From: Ginglymostoma cirratum
Taxonomy: Eukaryota
Assembly (NCBI GenBank): GCA_024137785.1
Contig: JAHRHZ010000046.1
Location: forward strand, 30,792,360-30,856,359
Reading direction: 5' to 3'
Length of the DNA stretch: 64,000 nt
Shown: positions 39,937 through 52,459 of the stretch, piece after piece
Layout: each line of letters starts with the position of its first letter
Position numbering within the stretch: the first letter of the stretch is position 1
The notes under the pieces: generated by a model
Databases searched by the model: none
The model's input: only the letters and a program-made list of their open reading frames with translations
Told to the model about the DNA's origin: nothing
Made by a program: the position numbers and the translations under genes

Positions 39937-39962
39937 CACCTGCTGACACGTGGCACCACGTG
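39937..39962. promoter_or_regulatory. Three E-boxes at exact 10-bp spacing
   Basis: CACCTG at 39937, CACGTG at 39947 and CACGTG at 39957; function is inferred. Confidence 0.35.
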
Positions 39963-41009
39963 CAGTTCCAAAGATCTTTTAATGCAGCCTCTCTTGCATG
40001 GACTCCTCACTTTCCCATCAATTGATTCAGTTCCTGAGTCATATTCACTAACCATCAAGGTCCTTGCAGACAGTCATCTCCCAAACACCACTCTCCTGCA
40101 AAACTTCTTTAGCTGGGTTCACAACAGCACTGATGTCAAGTATTCCCCAAAAACTCATTTTGTGATCCCTTTAATAAACCCATTTGAATGGTCTGGTCAA
40201 CTCTGTCAAAGCTGAAGCAGTGATAGTAAATTATCCATTCTGTAATCTCTCCACTAACTCTGTGTTCAGTTGTCTGTCCTGTGTAATGTATTACACACAG
40301 TGTCTTATAAATATGCTTTTTCTGATGTTCCCTAGGCTTCAAGTCTGCTTTTATCTTTACAGAAGTAATTTATTTGTATCTCATTTCTCGACATGCATCT
40401 GTGTGCTGATCACTATTATCCTCAACTCTGTTTTGTTTCTAGCTATATGACTTAACCATAATTTCTTGCTGTTGGTACTGCTTCCAGGCCAAGTGTCATT
40501 AGGTCACATTGACTGGTATTTCTTGTTTTTCAAGAAAATTACAATTTATCTGTTGTATTTGGTGCGAACTCTTAAAAGTGCCTTCCAAACATTTTAAGGA
40601 AAACAATGTAAGGTTCCACGGACATTTTAAATAAATTATACATGCTTCTTCGTGCACTGCATCAGGGTCAAGAATTATCACAAAATATCACAAGTTTTTT
40701 AAAAAGTTATTCAATTTTGAAAGGAAAATCTAGATCATAACACTGCACGGTATAGTTTCATTCTCCTTGTGTTGCCAGGGCTACATAAAAATAGAATATC
40801 ATAGTCTGAATTCTACTTTGTTTTTCTTTCTAATTTGGTCATAGCCTGGAGAAATATTAAAATCTTACTTTCATCTTAGTGGCCAAAATCTTAAATTCAT
40901 AAGATATGTGATTCATAGCAGTCAATGTCGAATGCAATTTGTTGTCAAACCACCTAATGTATGAAACAAAAGGCACTGAGCTAGGTTTTGCCAGCTTTCT
41001 GATCAAAAA

Positions 41010-41572
41010 AGTGACTCGTAAAATGACGCAACAAAGTATAGCCGATGAGCCGATCGACTTTGCAACGCCAGGCATTCCTGCCAGAGGCAGGAAGAGTTGT
41101 TGACAGCCCTCTCACTCAAAGCTATTTAAACCTCTTAAGGGCATTTATCCACCATTACTGTCATTTTGTCAGCAGTGGTGAAGGGGGCCTCCATCAAATA
41201 CAGAGAGCAAACCCAATGGCCTTTCAGCAGGTTCAGGATGGTTTGTAAGCCTCTTATTTGACTCGTGGATTGCTCTCTTAGTAACAATGGCATCTATCAT
41301 TGCAAGTGCCTCCACCAACATACACACACGCCACATTACCAGTGCTTGTCTGATCCCAGCATTGTATCTCCACCCACCTGTTTGTGAGAATACCATCTAT
41401 CGTTGAGGCCTCCTCTTCTGAGTGCAACCGGAGGAGTGGCTACCGCTTCCAGTGGTACCACTGAGCTGCTGACTTATCGACAGTTCTCCGGCTTGTCGAC
41501 ATGTGTTGAGTCTGAATTTGGGAAATGTCGCAATTATCATGAGAAGAGCATAGCCAAAACTAACAGGTAAGT
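41010..41572 (+). promoter_or_regulatory. Candidate promoter and non-coding first exon
   Basis: Local CpG retention, TGACGCAA at 41024, TATTTAAA at 41123, and a perfect donor CAG|GTAAGT at 41566/41567. Confidence 0.3.
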
Positions 41573-44500
41573 TATTTTACATGGTGCAGAATCAGCGGAA
41601 GTTTGGTTATCCAAAGCAAACAAATTTCCCTCCATGTGAACCTTCTCCGCTTACTGTGGTTCTCTCTGTGACCTTCCCGAACTTATCAATCTCCCCCTAG
41701 GATTTCTGATTATCTCCTCATCCAACCTTTCAAATCTTCCATCCACCATCGACCATCAATTCCAACCACCTCTCCCCTCCCCCCCCCCAACCCCAGCTTC
41801 CAGGTCCCTCCCTTCCTCTGTACTTTCCAATTATAGACTGATGGCGCATGCTTTTTTTTCAACAACTGTACAGTCTCACAATCTGTCTGATTGTTACCAG
41901 GAAATAGGGGAAAAAACATGAAATGTCAAAGTAAATAATAGATCTCTGATTTGTTCTTTTCCTTCTTCATCTCTAACAAATTCCCTTCACTTCACCCTTA
42001 CCCTGTCAACTCACACCTCATAAATATCAAGATTTCTAGATGATGTCGGTTTCCATATCAATAGGACAGCTTATCATTCATGGTAGTAATTTTGATTGTG
42101 TCATGAAAAATTAACGGATTATGGACCATAAACATTTAGTAGGTTTTTGATGACGTCCACTATATATTATGCGATTTGAACTGGATGGTTTCGAAACAAT
42201 AATGAGAAATCTACCAGAATCTTCCCAGTTTGTAAGCTGTAAGAATGAATTTTATTGGTTACAGTTCAAAATGACAGTCTTATGTATGATTCTGCATTCA
42301 ACTCATTTGTACCTCTGCAGCTTGCAAACTGGTTTAGTTGTGATCGTTGGGACTGTTATTGAAAATGACTCCGGGTTAATTACATCTGCCTCATTTTTTC
42401 ACCAGCAGAAACACATTTCCACCAATAAATGCCTACATTTAAAAGATACTGTGATTTGGAGAGAGATACACACTTACCTGATACTACTGTATCCTCTGTT
42501 GTGGAGTATTAATCAATTTAATGTAAATATTGTTGTACTATTGGAGCAGGGGATGTTGCATAATTTTTTTCAAGCAATTATTTATTCCAAGAATGAGTTG
42601 AATGTGCCAGCCCTGCCTTTTTTGTCTGTTATATGGATACTATTACGACTTGATTTTGTTTTCATTCTATTTATCTTGAATGCAACATTTGAATACCCTT
42701 CATGTCACTTTCAAACACAGAATAAGCCCCAAAATCAATCAGATGGTAGTTATTTTGCCAATAACACATACAATTCATTTCAGAACAGACTGTTGAGCTC
42801 TCTACTTAGCTTGTCACACAGATTCCCCTCTGTGCATTGGTTAATTTAAGGTCCATCTCGATTAACCTCCCAAACTCATACTGCTGACATGCATCAGCAA
42901 GTTTGAGTCTTAGCGTTCGGTAAAGATACGGGAAGAGGTCATAACAATACTTATAAGAAGATCTCCCACATTGGAAAACACAAGGCCAGCTGTGCTTGAA
43001 ACTGTGGTTTGAATGGTTTTGTACTGTTAACATTTTTTAAAATAATTTGGTTCTAGATATAGAATGTTTTCATAATCCATAATGCGTTTTCTCAATAACA
43101 ACAGTCAAATCACCCTAAGGAGATCCAGCAAGGCCTACTGTATCATTTTACATCAGCTCAGCTGGACTCAACTGATTCTTTCAGTCAAAGTGTTCTTGAT
43201 TTGATTAGGATCTTAAACTTTTTCTTAAACGCAGCTCAATTTTTTTTTATGACTTCCAGTCATTGTTATTTATCATTTGTCAGTTCATCGGTATTTTTTT
43301 CCTGCTGCATTGTTTAATTCAATTGTTGGTATATAATATTTCTTTTAACAGTAAAGGAATAACCTAACCTTAGTAAAAGTTCTATATATGAATGTGCTAA
43401 CCATTACACAAATCTAAACTCATGAGGTCCTGGATCACTAACAAAAGGTAAAAGAAGGTAGAAAATTCAATCCACCCTATTTCATCCTCCAATAAATATA
43501 TATAGCTACACCAAAATGATATTCAATTCTTTCTTGAATCATTCTATTACCTCAGATTATTCAACTTGGTTTCGCTCAGCTATGATGGGCAGCATGAAAG
43601 GTGGACTTGGCTTCACTGCCTCTGAACAAAGGAGTGTAAGAGGAAGGTTTTTCACGCCTGGTCACTTTCTGGTGTTACCCCAGCTCAGACATATTCACTT
43701 GTGTATTTAAGGTGTGGCAGACTCTGGCTGAGGTGCAAGATCCAGCATTCATATAATCTGCCAAATCATTGTATACATGAAAATAATTAATGGCCCCGAG
43801 TTTATTCCAAAATATTTTGAGGACGTAAAGATTGATTGAAGAAAAATGGAGTAAAAGGTACAAATATGTACTAATTATTCATATCTGGAGCACTGAGGTG
43901 ACACTGAAGCACTAATATTTAAAAAAGGAGCAGGAATCAAATGATGGAGGCAAAGCTAACACCGACGCCACGCACCCTGCTACCTCCACACCCGCACCCC
44001 CCCAACCGCAATCCACCCAAACAACATAAGGCCTGGCTGATTCTAGCTCCTGGGGTCCCAATTTGCCAATCAGTTGTTCATATAAAACAAGCAACTGGTG
44101 ACAACTGGTTGGTGAGCTAAAGCAGAGTTTCACGTAACTGGAGACAACCCATCAGCACCAAAAGGATCCATGGGGACAATGTAAGTCCCGGAAAGCTTTA
44201 TGAAGGATTTCAAGAAGGGTAGGGACACAACCATCTGCAGGGGAGTCTGAAGCGTTCTTTGAGTCTCTGGGAGAATGTGACTGGTCTCACAAAAAAAGTG
44301 AAAATACTTACGTGCAGAGTGATTTTTTTTCTTCCCTCTCACTCTTCTTCATCTAGCAGGAAAGGCCTAATGTTATTCCCTCACTCAGATCATACTTAAA
44401 GTTGTAGTCACTGCCCAAATGCTTCAAAAGGTCCCCAATTTGGGTATTTAAAAAAGAAACACAGCAACTTCAGACAGGTATGCTTACCTACTCAGGGAGC

Positions 44501-44719
44501 ACATGTTAAAATATTAGAGTGTACTGTTGGTCGAAGACAATAGTGAATCTGTCACCTAGCTGATTTAAAATGCATGTTTTTTAGCAGGCAGGTAGGGTTA
44601 AAATTATTACTTTGGCTATGATGAGGATGTAATTTTTCAGAAGCTATTCATTACAATTTTAACAATCCTATGCTTTTGCAGGTATATGGAAGCAGCTTTA
44701 ACAAGCATTACTAACGTGT

Positions 44720-45022
44720 GGGCGGCACAGTGGCTCAGTGCTTCGTGCTGCTGCCTCACAGTGCAAGGGACCTGGGTTTGATTCCAGCCTTGACCGACTA
44801 TCTGTGTGGAGTTTGCACATTGTCCCTGTGTGAGTTTTCTCCCACAGCCAAAAGCTGTGGAAGTTACGTGAATTGGCCATGCTAAATTGCCCTGCAGTGT
44901 ACAAGGATGTGCAGGCTAGTTGGATTAGCCATGGGAAATGGGTGGGATGCTCTTTGGCGGGTCAGTGTGAACTTGATGGGCTGAAGGGCCTTCCACACTG
45001 TAGGGATTCTATGATTCTATGA
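44720..45022 (+). mobile_element. HE1-type SINE
   Basis: gggcggcacagtggctcagtg head, HE1 core, tail gggattctatgattctatga. Confidence 0.88.
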
Positions 45023-45364
45023 AATGCTGTTGATTATAATGTTTCACAATCAGTTCTGTCTGTTCAGAAGGGCAGAACTTATTTAACATGAAATATACAT
45101 TATCATACCAGAAAACTCAAAGAACACTGGTGATAAAATGAAACATCTGTTATTACATTTACAAAATGCTGATTAAATTATACATTGATTTTATTCCTTA
45201 CCCAGACTCTTCAAAAACTAAACTTTGTCTTTTTTTCTCTTGGAAGTATGACACTGAAAGGTTTTTAACATGTGGAATCGATTTATAAATTAGAATCAGG
45301 GTCTGCAGTCATTCAAATTATTTGGAGTACAATATCATTTTAAGTAGTGTTGATATTAATCAGT

Positions 45365-45650
45365 CATAATGAAGAAACTGTTTCCAGTGGCAGGAGGGTC
45401 AGGAACCAGAGGACACAGATTTAAGGTATTTTGCAAAAGCACTGGGATAGATGAGGAAAATGTGTTTCGTGCAATTTGATATTATGATGTAGAATACATT
45501 GCCTGAAAGGATGGTGGAAATCCATTCAACAGTAGCTTTCAAGAAAAGTTGCGTAAATGCTTGAAGTGAATAAAAAGACAGGGTCATTAAGAAACAAAAG
45601 GAGAGTGGACTAATTGGGTAGCCCATTCCTTCTAAGCTGCAGGATTCTAA
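45365..45650 (+). mobile_element. CR1 3' portion
   Basis: KLFPVAGGSGTRGHRFK motif followed by the ORF2 end and tail. Confidence 0.75.
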
Positions 45651-47198
45651 GTGTCATTCATATTTTCTATAAAATTGATGTCTTGAAACGTTTCATGCAG
45701 TAAGAGTCATCACCTTGCTTTCAAAACATGCTTTGTTTGGTGCCATTGCAGCAAGTTGCAAGGGTTGGATTTTTCCACCTCTGTATAATAACGCAGACTG
45801 TGAAGGCTCATTAATGTGAAGTTAATTTTAAAATCCTTAAAACGGTGAGCAAAACCAAGAAGGAGGAAAAGCATCCACAACTGTCTATGAACCTAAAGAA
45901 TGCAATGCATTTTGCATACCAATTCGATTCAGCAGCTAACGATCTTCACTTCTACAGAATTAATAAACAAGCATCAGCTCAAGATAATAGCAAAATTCCT
46001 TTCTCAATATTTTATCTAGTATTGTAATTTAGATACAACTGAAGTGTCTGCTGCAAAATGTAAAATATTAGCCGCCAGTATGTGCACATTTTATTATTCA
46101 TTCCAATTCTCCATTATAATAAATAATATTTGATCAATTGAAGCTTACAGTATGAATTGAAGTAATATTTTTCCCAAATAAGCATTTAGTCCTCTCTGCT
46201 GTAATTTCATGTTTATGACATGAAAAATTACCTTAAAGCACATTGGCGCTATCATGATTTAAAGAATGGAGATTTATTAAATATATCATCTGGGCATCGC
46301 TTCCTATGCTTCAGGTAATCATGCACCTGTCAGTGCTTTTTAGTTTGTATAAAGTGCAATGTGGTACAAATTTACCTGTGGTTCACATTCGTAAAGGAAA
46401 AATATTCACTAAATTGATCCTCTATAATAGCATAATTCAATCTATAGTTACTTCATGTTGCAAATACATCAACTAACGTAAACACTTTCCTTGCTGTAGA
46501 CTTGCACTGAATATGAATGAATACACAGTACACATCTGTGGTGTACCCTCGCCCAGATATTAATAATTAACCACAGTCAACAACACTAAATTGTATTAGA
46601 GAAATCTATTCAAATACAGAATAATTACATCCTTCCAGTAGCCTCTGTGTACAAATCACAAAAACTATCATCTTGCTTCATAGTGTTAGAACTTATGTAA
46701 TGATAACATGCATGTAATTACATAATGACGCTGGTAGCATTTTACTGTTTAAATAATACGAAATATGAATTATGAAAATGCATACTATTTTTGCCTAGAA
46801 ATTTAAAATAAAGCTAGATGGTGCAATTGGCATGGACTAGGATTTAAAAGAATGGGCTGGATTTTATGTGCAACGTAATGACTCTAGAAAGAATATGACA
46901 GTCTCTGTACTGGCCCTTCACTGCAGGATTTGCTCAGCCTAGCGCTGTTGTGTTTAACTTCATGTTCTAGTGCATCAGCGTGCGGATCAAGCAGAATATC
47001 TTGGTCTATGTGAGAGATGGATAATCTGTCAGCATATCAGACATAATCATTCTAGCACCTGACTTGTATTTGATTTCAAAGTCACATTGTTGCAGATCGT
47101 TGATTGATCAATTGTGTCACACGTGGTCAGTTCCATTGCAGTGGCCGTGGATTGAATGTCTGGAATTGCAACTGCACTTAAGATCTGTGAATACTTAT

Positions 47199-48242
47199 AG
47201 AAATAAGAACTAAAAACAAAAAATTCTAAGAATATATCTAACTGCTTCTTGAAAATGTTCAATGTTTTTGGCCTTAACCACTTCCTGGAGCAGAGAATTC
47301 CACAGGATCTCTGGGGCAAGACACTTTCCCTCATCTCAGTACTAAATTGCCTTCCCTGTCTCCTTAGGCTGTGACCAGTGGTTCTGGACTCCCTAGTCAT
47401 TGGGAATATCCAATGCAGTCTAATCCTGTTAGAACTTTAAGTTTCAATGAGATCCCCCCCACTCATTCTTCCAGTCTTCAGTGAATATAGCCTTGACCAA
47501 TCCAGTCTCTCTTCATAGGTCACTTCTGTCATCCCAGAAATCAGTGTGGTAAACCTTTGCTGCACTACCCCGAAGCCATAAAATTCTTCCCAAGATAAAG
47601 GCGCCCAAACTATGCACACAACACTCTTTGTGTTTTCACAAAAGCCTTGTCCAGTTGTAACACCACATCTTTGATCCTGCATTTAATCCTCTCACTATGA
47701 AGGCCAATGTACCACTTGACTTCTTCACTGCCTGCTGAACCTACATGTTCAGTGTTTGTTGTACAAGGACACCCAGGTCTTGTCACAGCTTTTGCCAATA
47801 TATTGTCATTCAAATAATAATCTGTCTTCCTGTTTTTGTCACCAAATTGGATAACCTCACATTTATACACATTATACTTTATCTGTCATGCATTTTCCAC
47901 TCACACAACTTGTCCAAATCGCACTGAAGCATCTCTAAATCTTCTTCACAGTTTACTGTCCCACTCAGCTTTATGCCATCTGCAAACTTGGGGATATTAG
48001 ATTTAAATCCCTCATCTAAATCATAAATTTATATTACGAATAGCTGGGATCCAAGCAGTGTTCCTTGCAGAACCCCACTAGTTACAGGATGGTACTTGGA
48101 AAAAGACCAGTTTATTCCTAGTCTTTGGTCGGCATACAGGAAACAGTTCTCTATCCTCGCCAGCACGATACCTCAATCCCATGTGCCTTAATTTTGTATA
48201 CTAATCCCTTATGTGGGACATAATCAAAAGCCTTCTGGAAGT
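47199..48242 (-). mobile_element. CR1 LINE RT region, decayed
   Basis: FQKAFDYVPH, KFADGIKL, KCEVIQFG, VQQRFT, GDLIET motifs. Confidence 0.9.
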
Positions 48243-48265
48243 ATCTACCAGGTAGAAGATTGTAG

Positions 48266-48322
48266 GAAACTAGAATGAGTTTGCATTTTAGCAAGAAACT
48301 AGGATGAGTTTGCATTTTAGCA
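48266..48322. repeat. 29-bp-period tandem duplication
   Basis: gaaactag(a/g)atgagtttgcattttagca occurs twice with one mismatch. Confidence 0.9.
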
Positions 48323-48589
48323 CTACAGTGTGGTTCCGCCAAAGCATGGAATTAGTGATCTATTATTCACTGTGACATGATCTTTTGTAGGTCTCACCGT
48401 GGAGCATCAATGCTATAGTACATGTCTTACAGGATGTTTGTGCTGATATGCTGATGCTAACTCCAGTTAATTTTAGCCTTTATTGTATGCTGTCCTGCCT
48501 TTTCAGGACATGTGATATTACTAGTTGTAAAAATTCTGATTGCCTGACACCATCAATATGGCTTTCAGAGTTAGCAACATGGAAATTCT

Positions 48590-48675
48590 GTTCTGAAGAA
48601 GGATTACTGGAATCAAAGCATGAACTCCGTTGTCTCTCCATAGGCCTGTTGAGTTTTTCCAGCAATTTCTGTTTT
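48590..48675 (+). mobile_element. PLE family B arm, old
   Basis: gttctgaagaaggattactgga...gagtttttccagcaatttctgttt. Confidence 0.6.
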
Positions 48676-48849
48676 CTTTGGTAGCAAAATGGAACCCTTG
48701 ATCATCTGAGTTTTGCTTTTCAATTGGTTTATTTTGAACCTCCCTAATGCATTTGTGCCTTTGTATTGCCTTGACACTTTTCTTGCTGCCAGTTTGTGGT
48801 GTCATGCCATTTTATTGATCATTTATGTTTTGTTCAGAAGATGACTTAG

Positions 48850-49215
48850 CCTTTGAAACTAGACTTCCTGCACACGCATGCCCAATATTCCTTTGTGCTA
48901 AATGTTTCACAGGTATCAAGAGAAGCTGGACAGCTTTTGGGTAAGTATGACAAATCACGCCTGGTACAGATCTTTCTGGTTTGAAATTCTTTACTGAACG
49001 CGCGAATAGTATTGGCTATATCTAAGGCATGCATCAAAGATATGACCCTTTCTCTTGCCCAGAAAATCCTTCCAAAAATCTTTAACTGACTTGGAGGTTA
49101 TAACTAATTTAATAAGCCTTTCTAAAAGCTCCTCTTTGGAAAAGTGACATTCGCGCTCTTTATTGTGGCATCTTCTGGCCAACTGGTCAATCTTGTGGTT
49201 CTTTTCTTCATGACG
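48850..49215 (-). pseudogene. Gypsy-type gag fragment (capsid-like end and decayed zinc knuckle)
   Basis: IDQLARRCHNKERECHFSKEELLERLIKLVI..KDFLGK, then PKSCPASLDTCETFSTKEYWACVCRKS. Confidence 0.65.
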
Positions 49216-49269
49216 TGAGTTGGAGTTTGGTACTTCTGAAGTGTGACATTTATCGGAGGCATTAGATGG

Positions 49270-51480
49270 ATAAAGCCATGGCGACAGCTCAACAACAATT
49301 ACATGCCTTAAGTGGCTGCCAACATTACAGCTACAGTGAGAAAAGTGTACTAAAACAACAAAGTGTAGTTTGTTGTACCCACCCTGAAATTGTCCAACTT
49401 TGTGATATTTGTAAAGCACATGACACCAAGGGCCTTTGAATGCGGACATGCAGGAAATCTGATTACAAAGGCAAAGCCAGACCCCAGACAAAGTACATGC
49501 GCCCAACAAGATGGTACAAGCGCTGGCAGCAAGGAAAAAACTCAAGAGAGTACACAAATTCAAGAACATTGTCAAAGTTCAGAGTCAACTAAACAAAAAG
49601 CAAACTTCGAAATACGTTGTTAACCTCAAACATTATGTTGATGGTATAAGGTGATCAGAAAGTTTTACAACCATTAACAATCTTTTTGAAATGGCAGATC
49701 AACGTATTTTAAAAGTTAAAATGAAGACAGGAGCTAGCGTTAATATAATAAAAACCGAAAGAACTGCAGGTGCTGTAAATCAGGAACAAAAACAAAGTTG
49801 CTGGAAAAGCTCAGCAGGTCTGGCAGCATCTATGAAGGAAAAAACAGAGTTAATGTTTCGAGTCCAGTGACCCTTCCTCAGAACACTTACTTCTGAGGAG
49901 AGGAAGTAAGTGTTCTGAGGAAGGGTCACTGGACCCGAAACTTTAACTCTGTTTTTTCCTTCATAGATGCTGCCAGACCTGCTGAGCTTTTCCAGCAACT
50001 TTGTTTTTGTTGCTGGTGTTAAGATATTACCTGAAAGACATGTATCTCAATAAGTGGTGCGCCACAATACCTCCTGTAAGAAACCATTTTACCACATGTG
50101 ACAGATCACAAATACAACACAAGATCACAGGGCAGTGTCAATGTGCAAACTCATTTTGGCTTCTCTAAGTCTTCAAATTGGTAAATGTCAATGCTCTGGC
50201 ACTATGCACAGATCTCAGTGTAGTCGCATGAGATTGAAACCATACCCATGTTGGTGGAACAGATGACACGTGATGCAACCAGAACAGTTAATGATCTGCA
50301 AGGATATGGTTTTGAAATGAGATGGGAGTCAAATACCAGGATGACTACATCTGACGCACTGGTCAGATTACCTTACCCACACAAGGACAAAAGTATTCCT
50401 CTTGACATATGCATTGATGTTCTTAACAACAAAGTTGAAGATGCTCTTAAGGTTAGACTGTTACACTTTAGCCAGAGCGAGTGTGAGCAGTTGCAATCTG
50501 CAAATGCCGAAGGTGAACAAAAGATCATTAGCTCGGGCTGACCTGACAGGACGAAGGAAATATGAGAAGATTTGTTCATTCTGGCCATGTCATTTTCAAA
50601 GGCAAAAAGTCCGACTCCCAAAAATATATTCGATGACTCACGAATGCATGTGAGGCATGTCAGACGTACCAATGCCAAAAGCAGGGGGAGCTCTACATCC
50701 ACATAGCGTTCCATCCACCTGTTAGACAAAAATAGCAATAGACCAACTGACAGTGCATGAGGATGATTACATCCTTGTGAATGCCGCTGACACAATGAGT
50801 GCTAATTTCGATGTATAAGTATCCTGAAATTGACAGTGTCTGACAATGGACTGCAGTTACAAGCAAACCATCTCAAGATCACATCACATGGTCACATCTC
50901 ACCCCCTATCTCATTGTCAACCAACTATCCACACTCAGATTGTCCAGCAGAATACATAGTACACACTACCAAACTAATGATTGAAAAGTATTGAGCAACA
51001 ATGTAAGATTTTTGTCTTGTTTTGGTACATCTCCGTGCAACAACGGCAACAGGGATCCCATCACCAGCACGACTGATGCTCAAAAGGCCAATGCAAACAA
51101 ACTCACCAGAAACCAAAATGTCTAACCATTCCGTGACACAGAACAATTCTTATTCAAAGAAAGAGGAGGATGAAAGAAATACACAATGAACAAGAAAGGA
51201 GAGCACCACCACAATAGTGCACTGGGCAGACAGCATAAATTACAAATCCTCGGATACCAGCATACGTTTCGAAAATTTGCATCCAGCCCAAACATACAAA
51301 GTCATTACTGATCATGGTGCTACATTGTGAATGAATAGACGGCAGCTTAGAACAATACCATACACCGATCATACACACAAACGATGATGATTCGCTGTTG
51401 CTATAAGACAACCAAGATGTTTAAAAAGTACAGCACAGAACAACATGTACCTCTCCTGATGGACATACAAACAACAGAAC
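49270..51480 (+). pseudogene. Gypsy LTR retrotransposon gag end/pol remnant (protease, RNase H end, integrase; RT not recognisable)
   Basis: NCP..DICKA...MRTCRKS knuckle; KMKTGASVNI/LPE protease site; LQGYGFE..SDALVRLP; CEACQ; TKIAID..DYILV; VSDNGLQ; HLRAT..GIPSPARLM. Confidence 0.85.
49748..50011. mobile_element. Near-perfect fold-back PLE family B insertion in the Gypsy protease
   Basis: Arms 49781-49893 and 49903-50015 with 3 mismatches and a 9-nt loop; hammerhead motifs at 49852-49881 (-) and 49915-49944 (+); degenerate 15-bp TSD at 49733-49747 and 50012-50026. Confidence 0.9.
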
Positions 51481-52459
51481 AGGATGGGATTCAGATGTCT
51501 AAAGTGTCATAATGATATTTAGAATAAAATTAACAATATAAGTACTGTTGCAAAGACACTAGATAGTAAATAAAACACATATCAAACAGACTGGGATGAA
51601 TCTTATAGGGGCCTGAATTACATGGGCTATGGTGAGAAACATGTGAGAATCACACGAGAAGTTATTAAGGACATTATTGAGTTTCAAAGCAACTAGTTGC
51701 ATTTTCTAATTATGCTTAGGATGCCCAAACGAGATTCACATTCCAAAGCAGCAAGATGCCTATTCATGTGATTACCACTTGTTGTCATCATCATTAAGTG
51801 TAAATCTCACCTCTTTAGCATGCAGTTTTCTATCTTAACCACCTGCTACAAGGAAACATTGACAATTCCCAACAGGGAAGTCAGAGGAGGTAGCTGGTGA
51901 TTCCAGCCCGCCACTTGTTCCTTCAGGCCTTCATGTTGGAAATCTGGTACCAAATTCTCAGAGTACACTCCATGGGTGGTTTCCGCATGAAGCCTATGTC
52001 CACAGATGTTGGCATTTGAGAAGTACCAGCCTCACTATGCCATAATGGTGTGTCACTGATCCACTTAGAGCATGTTTCTACACTTGACTGCTGCATTTCA
52101 AGATGTACCAGAAAATATCTTTACGGCACTGCTGATAGCATGCAGGATTGGCACCCAGTTCATTGACTGGACCAGAATGCTGGCTTGCTTTCTTAGCACA
52201 CCCTCGCAATGAGCACACATAGATGCTTACAGCAGTGCTGACTTTTTTCAGAATGCCCCCTCTGTCAGTGCTACCAGACTCACAATACTGCTGTACTGCC
52301 TCGCCATTTAGTGCAGACACAAAGCCAAGAAGCTCATTCTAGTTGCCAGAAGTCCTCATTCAAGTAAAGTCAAATAAAGGTAATACTCTTTAGTCAGAGT
52401 TTCCAGGACAGTAGGCCAAGGGCAGCCCTCAATATCAATCCCAGGACTTGGGCCCAGTC

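Noticed and set aside
42169-42849. Longest ORF in the window (226 aa)
   Set aside because: AT-rich, F/L/I/S-biased and without a recognisable domain or exon context; most likely a chance ORF
42863-42906. Small hairpin caaact..tgctga catgca tcagca agtttg as a possible pre-miRNA
   Set aside because: Stem too short and bulged, and no mature sequence that I recognise
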